A stretch of DNA of 7,730 bases from Octopus sinensis (Eukaryota), in contig NW_021828795.1 in the NCBI RefSeq assembly GCF_006345805.1, positions 1 through 7,730 on the forward strand, read 5' to 3'. Numbering within the stretch: position 1 is the first letter of the stretch; each line of letters begins with the position of its first letter. The position numbers and the translations under genes were made by a program. Of this stretch, positions 1-7,156 are shown piece after piece. The notes under the pieces are model-generated. The model searched no databases and was not told the origin of the DNA. It saw only the letters and a program-made list of their open reading frames with translations.

Positions 1-1
1 G

Positions 2-1770
2 GCTGCAAAGAGAGAGGTTTGGAGGTGCCACTATGAAAGGTTGCTGAAATAAAGAAAATGAATGGGATAAAGAGAGTCTGCCAAATGTCGACCCAACAGA
101 GGGACTTGCAATCCGAGTTGACAGTACCTTGGTAGTTAAAGCAATCAAGAGTATGAAGGCATGGAAAGCCCCAGGCCCATCAGGAATTACTGCAGAGATG
201 CTCAAAATATCTGGCAGTGTCGGCTATAGCCTAGTCACCCGTATATTTAACCAGGTGATACATGAAGGAGTCATACCCAATGACTGGTGTAGCAGCATAA
301 TAGTCAACTGCTACAAAGGTAAAGGTGACGCCTTAGATACAAATAATTACAGAGGTATCAAGCTGTTGGATCAGGTAATGAAGGTTACGGAGAGGGTCAT
401 AACCCAACTAATTAGAGAGAGTTAGTTTAGATGGGATGCAGTTTGGGTTCGTGCCAGGGAAAAGTACCACTGATGCTATATTCCTGGTAAGACAGCTGCA
501 GGAGTAATACCTAGCCAAAGATAAGCCCCTGTACCTGGCTTTTGTTGACATGGAGAAAGCCTTTGACAGGGTCCCCCGATCCCTTATCTGGTGGTCAATG
601 AGGAAACTAGGGATAGATGAATGGTTAGTGAGAGCTGTGAAAGCCATGTACAAGGATGCTGTCAGTAAGGTGAGGGTTGGCAACGAGTACAGTGAAGAAA
701 TCCGGGTAGAGGCTGGGGTCCACCAAGGTTCAGTCCTCTGCCCCCTCCTATTTATCAGAGTTCTCCAGGCAATAACAGAGGAATTCAAGACAGGATGCCC
801 CTGGGAGCTCCTATATGCTGACGACCTTGGTCTAATTGCTGAGTCACTATCAGAACTAGATGAGAAGTTTCAAGTGTGGAAGCAAGGATTAGAATTGAAG
901 GGCCTTAGAGTCAACCTAGCTAAAAGCAAAGTTTTAATAAGTAGGAAGGCAGACAAACCACAAATCCCTTAAGGTAGATGGCCCTGCTCGATCTGTAGTA
1001 GAGGTGTAGGTATAAACTCTATAAGATTCACCCAGTGTAAGCTATGGACACATAAGTGGTGCAGCAATATCAAAGGAAGGCTAACTGGGAAAATAGTTTT
1101 TGTATGTGGCAGATGCTCGGGAGCAATAAGCACTGAAAATGTGCAGAGAACAACTTCCACCACATTCCAGGGAGAAAAGCTAGAAGTAGTTGATAGCTTC
1201 CATTACCTAGGTGATCAAGTCAGTAGCAGGGGCGGGTGTGCTGAAAGTGTAACTGCTAGAGTAAGAATAGCCTGGGCAAAGTTCAGAGAGCTCTTACCTC
1301 TGCTGGTGACAAAGGGCCTCTCACTCAGAGTAAAAGGCAGACTGTATGACGCATGTGTACGAACAGCCATGCTACATGGCAGTGAAACATGGGCCGTGAC
1401 TGCTGAGGACATGCGTAAGCTAGTAAGAATTGAAGCCAGTATGATCCGATGGATGTGTAATGTCAGTGTTCATAATCAACAGAGTGTAAGTACCTTGAGA
1501 GAAAAGATGGATCTAAGAAGCATCAGATGTGGTGTGCAAGAGAGACAACTGCGCTGGCATGGTCATGTAGTGAGAATGGATGAAGATAGCTGTTTGTAAA
1601 AGTACCACACCCGAGCGGTTGAGGGAATCTGTGGAAGAGGTGGACCCAGGAAGACCAGGGATGAGATGGTGAAGCACGAGCTTCAAAAATTAGGCCTCAC
1701 CGAGGCAATGACTAGTGACCGAGACTTTTGGAAATATGATGTGCTTGAGAACACTCAGCAAGCCAAATGA
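2..1770 (+). pseudogene. Disrupted reverse transcriptase ORF of the RTE LINE (linker, RT, thumb and C-terminus)
   Basis: The ORF-track pieces 129-425, 550-972 and 1141-1599 join into one reading path. There are frameshifts at ~48 and ~420 (in an AG run) and in-frame TAA stops at 505, 970 and 1597. YADD is at 814-825. The frame continues past 1597 (VEGICGRGGPRKT...DRDFWK) to TGA at 1768-1770. Confidence 0.92.
979..1116 (+). other. PHD-like (C4HC3) zinc finger coded in frame inside the RT domain
   Basis: Read through the stop at 970, the frame gives WPCSICSRGVGINSIRFTQCKLWTHKWCSNIKGRLTGKIVFVCGRC = CxxC-x10-(F)xxC-x4-H-xx-C-x14-CxxC. The third Cys position is F (TTC, one change from TGC). Confidence 0.72.
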
Positions 1771-2216
1771 GACCATAACATGGCCTTTACCAGAGATGTG
1801 ACCATCTCACATATGCGTACCTTCCTTTCATTGGACACTGCTTGCGAAGCCCTGTTGAGGCTAGTGAAATTGAAATCAAATCAATGACTGGTGGAGCACC
1901 TAGAACACCACCCGCGCGTGATCGCTGCCAGCGTCGCCTTACCGGCACTTTGCCGGTGTGCAGGTGGCTCGTAAAAAAAGAAGACACCATTTGGGCATGG
2001 CCGTTGCCAGTACCGCCTGAGTAGCCCTTGTGCCAGTGGCACGTAAAAGCACCCACTACACTCTCCGAGTGGTTGGTGTTAAGAAGGGCATCCAGCTGTA
2101 GAAACTCTGCCAGATCAGATTGGAGCCTGGTGCCGCCATCTGGATCGCCAGTCCTCAGTCAAATTGTGCAACCCATGCTAGCATAGAAAGCGGACGTTAA
2201 ACGATGATGATGATGA

Positions 2217-2222
2217 TATATA

Positions 2223-2261
<39 letters not shown>

Positions 2262-2330
2262 TATAAGTGTGTGTATATATATATATATATGTAATATATG
2301 TGTGTCTGTATGTATATATGTATATATGTA

Positions 2331-2373
<43 letters not shown>

Positions 2374-2377
2374 ATAT
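2217..2377. repeat. (TA)n microsatellite with TG/TATG interruptions
   Basis: Seen directly; abuts the LINE (GAT)n tail. Confidence 0.97.
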
Positions 2378-2644
2378 TTTGCAATTAAGGACAACTACTT
2401 AATAAGGAAAACTTAACCAAGAAATTGTCAGGTAGATAGCGTAAAAACCTCATAAGAGAAAAAATTTCGAAAATAATTATTTCTTATTGAACTATATAAT
2501 TTTATATAGAGGGGATTATACATACATGTCAGAAGGCATTATACATACATGCCAAACGCTAAGAGGGACAATTAGTCATTTCTACCAAAAATATTACTAA
2601 TACCACCGAATGCATTTTTCAAAGTAAGACATTTAAAAAAATAT

Positions 2645-2692
2645 AGACCTGTATCACAGTGATTTCATACTTACGTACTCATCAGCAGGCCT
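2645..2692 (-). ncRNA. Minimal type I hammerhead ribozyme (minus-strand copy)
   Basis: Exact reverse complement of 2706-2753. Confidence 0.85.
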
Positions 2693-2705
2693 GAATAATA
2701 CATTC

Positions 2706-2753
2706 AGGCCTGCTGATGAGTACGTAAGTATGAAATCACTGTGATACAGGTCT
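2706..2753 (+). ncRNA. Minimal type I hammerhead ribozyme (PLE-associated type)
   Basis: AGGCCTG-CTGATGA-GTAC[GTAA]GTAT-GAAA-TCAC[T]GTGA-TA-CAGGTCT. Stem I is 7 bp (AGGCCUG/CAGGUCU, one G.U). The cores CUGAUGA and GAAA are intact. Stem II is 4 bp with a GNRA loop. Stem III is AUCAC/GUGAU. The NUH triplet is AUA, with cleavage predicted after 2746. Confidence 0.87.
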
Positions 2754-2890
2754 ATATTTTTTTAAATGTCTTACTTTGAAAAATTGCATTCGGTGGGATT
2801 AGTAATATTTTTGGTAGAAATGACTAATTGTCCCTCTTAGCGTTTGGCATGTATGTATAATGCCTTCTGACATGTATGTATAATGCCCTC

Positions 2891-2923
<33 letters not shown>

Positions 2924-3033
2924 GGATACAGTTTGTGTATCAAATAGCTAACTTAAGGCGATGGCCTCTGGAGCTAATAAGCGACAGCTTTATTCTTATT
3001 TTTATAAGAATACCATATTAGTATGGCGATAAC
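2924..3033. other. Unclassified ~110-bp hairpin-rich cassette between (TA)n tracts
   Basis: Four consecutive inverted repeats; flanked by (TA)n on both sides. Confidence 0.35.
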
Positions 3034-3110
3034 TATATATATATATATAATATATAATATATATAATATTATATATATATATATATATTATATATATATA
3101 TATATATATA

Positions 3111-3160
<50 letters not shown>

Positions 3161-3234
3161 ATTATATAATATATATATATTATATATATATTATATATAT
3201 ATATATATAATATATATATACCTATAATATAATA

Positions 3235-3322
<88 letters not shown>

Positions 3323-3331
3323 CATATGTGT
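3034..3331. repeat. Long (TA)n microsatellite
   Basis: Seen directly; ~290 bp, imperfect. Confidence 0.98.
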
Positions 3332-3565
3332 GTAGGTAGAATTTACAAAAGAACAAAAGACGAAGACTGGTGGTGTAGACGACAAATAGATGTATTAGTA
3401 TAATGCTCGGGAAGTGAAAATGTCTTAAACATTTCGAGCCTACGCTCTTCTACAGAAAGAAACAGGGAGAGAAAATAAGGAGTGTGTAGTGGGTAGCAAT
3501 CTATCATGGCGAACGCTGGGCAGAGGGATCACACAGGATCCCTAGGGAGAAGGGGAGATAATAAA
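3332..3565 (-). mobile_element. Unclassified short interspersed element with a partial hammerhead-like motif (possible PLE pLTR relic)
   Basis: The minus strand reads ...CTGTAGAA-GAGC[GTAG]GCTC-GAAA-TGT[TTAAG]ACA-TT..., followed by a T-rich stretch running into (TA)n. The orientation is inferred from this motif only. Confidence 0.35.
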
Positions 3566-3567
3566 GT

Positions 3568-3864
3568 AGTGAAGGTGTCGCTGTGTGGTAAGAAGCTTGC
3601 TTCACAACCACATGGCTCTGGGTTCAGTCCCACTATGTGGTAACACGGCCAAGTGTCTTCTACTATAGCCTCGGGGTTGACCAAAGCTTTCTGAGTGGAT
3701 TTGGTAGATGGAAACTGAAAGAAGCCTATATATATATATATAATTACTACGATGATCCGGTTCTTGACTGAAGACTGAGGGCTTCGAATGTCCTGTCTGT
3801 GTTGTTGTATCGTCTCTTCTAAGAGTTATGCATTCTTGTCCCAGTTTGTATTTTTCTACATATC

Positions 3865-3929
<65 letters not shown>

Positions 3930-4170
3930 GTGTAATGTAGTATGTTGTATTTTGCGTGTCTTTGTGTCTGTGTTTGTCCCCACCCTCGCTTGACAACTGA
4001 TGTTGATGTGTTTAAGTCCCAGTGACTTAGCAGTTCAGCTAAAGATATTGATAGAATAATCACTAGGCTTATAACGAATAAAGCCTGGGGTCAATTTCTT
4101 CAACCAAAAGAGGTGGTGCTCCAGTATGGCCACTGTCAAATAACTGAAACAAGTAAAAGTATAAATGAAT
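3568..4170 (+). mobile_element. tRNA-derived SINE, older diverged copy, interrupted in its central microsatellite
   Basis: The 5' half (3568-3726) and 3' half (~3955-4170) align with the copies at 4413 and 6196 (B-box GGTTCAGTCCC; GGAAACTGAAAGAAGCC; GGTGCTCCAG.ATGGCC...CTGAAACAAGTAAAAG). Confidence 0.88.
3753..3867. other. Unclassified ~115-bp insert nested in the SINE central (TA)n
   Basis: Non-SINE sequence absent from the other two copies, bounded by (TA)n at 3727-3752 and 3868-3930. Confidence 0.55.
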
Positions 4171-4254
4171 ATATATATTGTGCACTGCAATAAGAGTTCT
4201 TAACTGTTCTTTCTTGCAACATGGGTGCGTCGGCTCCCTCAGCAACGATTAGTG

Positions 4255-4298
4255 TATACATATGTATGTATATATATATATATATACATACACACACA

Positions 4299-4356
<58 letters not shown>

Positions 4357-4383
4357 TATATATGTGTGTGTGTGTGTGTGTGT

Positions 4384-4412
<29 letters not shown>
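4255..4412. repeat. Compound (TA)n/(TG)n microsatellite
   Basis: Seen directly. Confidence 0.97.
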
Positions 4413-4416
<4 letters not shown>

Positions 4417-4570
4417 CTGTGTGGTAAGTACTTGCTAACCAACCACATGGTCCGGGTTCAGTCCCACTGCGTGGCACCTTGGGCAAGTGTCTTCTACTAT
4501 AGCCTCGGGCGACCAAAGCCTTGTGAGTGGATTGGTAGACGGAAACTGAAAGAAGCCCGTCGTATATATG

Positions 4571-4606
<36 letters not shown>

Positions 4607-4829
4607 CATGTGTGTTTGCGTGTCTAGCATTGCTTGACAACCGATGCTGGTGTGTTTATGTCCCCGTCACTTAACTTAGCGGTTCGGCAAAAGAGACCGA
4701 TAGAATAAGTACTGGGCTTACAAAGAATAAGTCGCGGGTCGATTTGCTCGACTAAAGGCGGTGCTCCAGCATGGCCGCAGTCAAATGACTGAAACAAGTA
4801 AAAGAGTAAAAGAGTAAAAGAGTAAAGAG

Positions 4830-4831
<2 letters not shown>
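4413..4831 (+). mobile_element. tRNA-derived SINE, near full length (first ~9 nt missing), (AAAAGAGT)n-like tail
   Basis: A-box TGGCTGTGTGG and B-box GGTTCAGTCCC; CCTTGGGCAAGTG segment resembling the CORE-SINE motif; internal (TA)n(TG)n; long identical blocks shared with 6196-6623. Confidence 0.92.
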
Positions 4832-4898
<67 letters not shown>

Positions 4899-4941
4899 CA
4901 TACACACACATGCATAATATATATATATATATATATATATG
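4832..4941. repeat. (TA)n microsatellite
   Basis: Seen directly after the SINE tail. Confidence 0.97.
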
Positions 4942-5249
4942 CTTATATACAAATGCGGACATATGCATGCATGTATCTATGTATGTTTGTGCAGGAGCAG
5001 AAAACATGTCCATCATCGAAACAAGTCTTATAGAAAACCCAAACAAATCGATGTTAATCGTTCAATACTAAAGACAGCCTTGTCGTATTGATCTCCTGAG
5101 TCCAGTCCGTGACAACATAAATTACAAAGACAATTAGCTTATTATTAAAGAAATATTTATTGATCAACAACACGTGTTGTTTGGTTAATTAATACAAACA
5201 ACTCATTATTGTTATCGATTTTTATATTGATACTGTTGTCATTCCCATA

Positions 5250-5251
5250 TG

Positions 5252-5312
<61 letters not shown>

Positions 5313-5360
5313 GTGCTCTTATGCACATATATGACTGTGTGTGTGCGTGTGCATGTGTGT
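5250..5360. repeat. (TG)n microsatellite
   Basis: Seen directly. Confidence 0.96.
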
Positions 5361-5364
5361 TCAT

Positions 5365-5538
5365 ATCATCATCATCATCATCATCATCGCTTAACGTCCG
5401 CTTTCCATGCTAGCATGGGTTGGACGATTTTGACTGAGGGCTGGCGAACCAGATGGCTGCTCCAGTCTCCAATCTTGATTTGGCAGAGTTTTTACAGCTG
5501 GATGCCCTTCCTAACGCCAACCACTCCGAGAGTGTAGT
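5365..5538 (-). mobile_element. 5'-truncated copy of the same RTE LINE family (3' UTR end plus (GAT)8 tail)
   Basis: The reverse complement aligns with 2055-2217 (ACTACACTCTC...GAAGGGCATCCAGCTGTA...CCATGCTAGCAT...GGACGTTAA.CGATGATGAT). Confidence 0.93.
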
Positions 5539-6195
5539 AAGTATATATATATATATATATATATAATACGTATGCACAATTTAAACTTTTGTTTCACTTA
5601 TGCAATGCTAGAAAATGAAATTCCAACAGAATAATCCCTATTCTTAATAATCCCTATTAATTCAGCTTTAATCGACATAAATAGTGTCGGACAAATCCAG
5701 TCCTGCTCCGCTCAAAACCCAGTAAAATTAAGGCACATATACACACACAAACACATATTAAGATGTTAACACTGCCTAAGTTTCACCCATAATGCATGTG
5801 TGTGCATGCACAATGCACACTTATAGAAACATGTATAAAAGTCTCCCCTTGCTGACATACATTTCGGGAATTTCTTAACCCGTTACTTTCCTACATACAA
5901 ATCGAGCATTCTATCGGCGTTTATATTAGGATGGAGACAAATTCTGTGCAATAATTCGTTGTGAAGAAATAAAATTCGAGAAAGAAGAGTTTAAAAAATA
6001 TTTACGTTTTATTCATTATTTTGCACATTACTTAATCATTGGTATATTATTATTTTTATCTTATATTTAATATTTCTATTATATGTAATTTTCTTGATGG
6101 TATAATTTAATTTTTCATTATTGAATTGATAAAAGGTGGGTTTTATTTTCTAATTTATATATATATATATAGTATATTTTGTGAAATTTGAATTA

Positions 6196-6623
6196 GGCGC
6201 AGGAGTGGCTGTGTGGTAAGTAGCTTGCTAACCAGCAACATGGTCCCGGGTTCAGTCCCACTGCGTGGCACCTTGGGCAATTGTCTTCTGCTGTAGCCCC
6301 GGGCCGACCAATGCCTTGTGAGTGGATTTGGTAGACGGAAACTGAAAGAAGCCTGTCGTATATATGTATATATGTATATATGTGTATGTATGTGTGTGTG
6401 TGTTTGTGTGTCTGTGTTTGTCCCCCTAACATTGCTTGACAACCGATGCTGGTGTGTTTACGTCCCCGTCACTTAGCGGTTCGGCAAAAGAGACCGATAG
6501 AATAAGTACTGGGCTTACAAAGAATAAGTCCCAGGGTCGATTTGCTCGACTAAAGGCGGTGCTCCAGCATGGCTGCAGTCAAATGACTGAAACAAATAAA
6601 AGAGTAAAAGAGTAAAGAGAGTA
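6196..6623 (+). mobile_element. tRNA-derived SINE, full-length copy
   Basis: Starts GGCGCAGGAGTGGCTGTGTGGTAAG; has pol III boxes, a central (TA)/(TG) tract and an AAAAGAGT-repeat tail. A possible degenerate target duplication (AAATTTGAATT before, AAATTGAATT after) is uncertain. Confidence 0.94.
6206..6259 (+). promoter_or_regulatory. RNA polymerase III internal promoter (A box 6206-6216, B box 6249-6259) of the SINE
   Basis: TGGCTGTGTGG approximates TRGCNNAGYGG, and GGTTCAGTCCC approximates GGTTCRANNCC, at tRNA-like spacing. Confidence 0.75.
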
Positions 6624-6698
6624 TTTCTAAATTGAATTTTCCCCTGTAAGTTTGGAATAATATTCCCTCATATTATTATTATTATATATATATATATA

Positions 6699-6752
6699 AT
6701 TTTTTTTCTAGTTTCAGCTCAGAGCTGCGGCCATGCTGATGCACCGCCGTTT
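6699..6752 (-). mobile_element. 3' terminus of a related retroelement sharing the SINE tail (may extend to ~6833)
   Basis: The minus strand reads GGCGGTGCATCAGCATGGCCGCAGCTCTGAGCTGAAACTAGAAAAAAA; the SINE tail reads GGCGGTGCTCCAGCATGGCCGCAGTCAAATGACTGAAACAAGTAAAA. Confidence 0.75.
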
Positions 6753-7031
6753 TGTGCTACACTGTTATTACGAAGAACCTCGTCTAATATGTGGCACTTG
6801 GTGAAGAATGGAGTTTGACATAGCTACTCTCATATATATAAGTTCAAACAAAATTAGATTCAAATGAATATGGTACTTAATTTAGATGCACCAGAATTTT
6901 GTATGGTGTTATCCATAAAAATCCGTGGGGTGATTATAATCAAAATAAGCAACAAGATTCGGTTGTTCCAGACTGCTGTAAGGTTGTGAGAATGAGAAGT
7001 AAGTTGAAGGGAGCAATAAAGAATTCAATTT

Positions 7032-7095
7032 CAAGTTTGCAGTGAAGTTTTTTTAGTCATCTATGAATGTTAAATTGAAAGCCAGTATGGTATAT
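7032..7095 (+). repeat. Left arm of an inverted repeat pairing with 7667-7730
   Basis: 62 of 64 bases match the reverse complement of 7667-7730. The match runs to the window edge, so the true length is unknown. Confidence 0.93.
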
Positions 7096-7156
7096 TTCTT
7101 CTTATTAGGTTATAAAGAATTAAAATTTGAAAAATATAGGAATATTCACAAAATTA

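Larger units (their letters stand above)
1..2217 (+). mobile_element. RTE-clade non-LTR retrotransposon (LINE), 3' portion; runs off the left edge; includes ORF remnant, ~430-bp 3' UTR and (GAT)5 tail
   Basis: RT-domain peptides with RTE-typical motifs (KAPGPSGITAEMLK, YKGKGD, NYRGIKLL, QFGFVPGKSTTDAIF, EKAFDRVPR, GVHQGSVLCPLL, LLYADDL, YLG, WHGHVVRM). Ends in ...GGACGTTAAAC(GAT)5 at 2203-2217, a short-tandem-repeat tail typical of RTE elements. Confidence 0.93.
2503..2896. repeat. Long inverted repeat (foldback): arms 2503-2696 and 2702-2896, spacer AATAC; probably an inverted PLE pseudo-LTR pair
   Basis: Base-by-base comparison of the arms gives 2 substitutions and one 1-bp indel over ~195 bp. 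Each outer end terminates in TATATA. Confidence 0.95.

Noticed and set aside
408-1412. Minus-strand ORFs 408-788, 969-1163 and 1215-1412
   Set aside because: Antisense shadows of the RT coding region with no motifs of their own.
1787-2056. ORFs 1787-2056 (-) and 1842-2024 (+)
   Set aside because: They lie in the LINE 3' UTR, are short and have no recognisable domain.
2449-2490. Hammerhead-like string CTCATAA-GAGA[AAAAA]TTTC-GAAA-ATAATTAT-TT
   Set aside because: Two core mismatches and no stem I partner; plausible by chance in AT-rich DNA. It could be a very old relic, but I cannot support that.
3768-3790. CTGAAGA...CGAA in the nested cassette as a hammerhead core
   Set aside because: No stem II pairing, GAAT instead of GAAA, and no stems I or III.
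2178-5537. Many ORFs rich in YI/IY, HT/TH or CV/VC repeats (e.g. 2178-2384, 3088-3321, 3863-4063, 4136-4630, 4225-4674, 4624-5046, 5253-5537)
   Set aside because: They are translations of (TA)n, (TG)n and (ATC)n microsatellites and SINE sequence, which lack stops; no protein features.
5630-5658. Direct repeat AATAATCCCTATT x2
   Set aside because: Only two units; an ordinary slippage duplication, not an array.
5930-6041. Possible host exon (AG acceptor at 5928-5929, frame DGDKFCAIIRCEEIKFEK..., GT at 6042)
   Set aside because: Weak splice signals, no recognisable homology and a short frame; cannot be supported without RNA-seq.
6155-6442. ORFs 6155-6442 and 6193-6432 (-), and the SINE head as a tRNA gene
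   Set aside because: The ORFs are antisense to the SINE. The head has pol III boxes but continues into SINE body in three copies, so it is not a tRNA gene.
7028-7065. Minus-strand TAGATGA...GAAA as the pLTR hammerhead of the GIY-YIG element
   Set aside because: Altered core, no pairing for stem II and no stem I.
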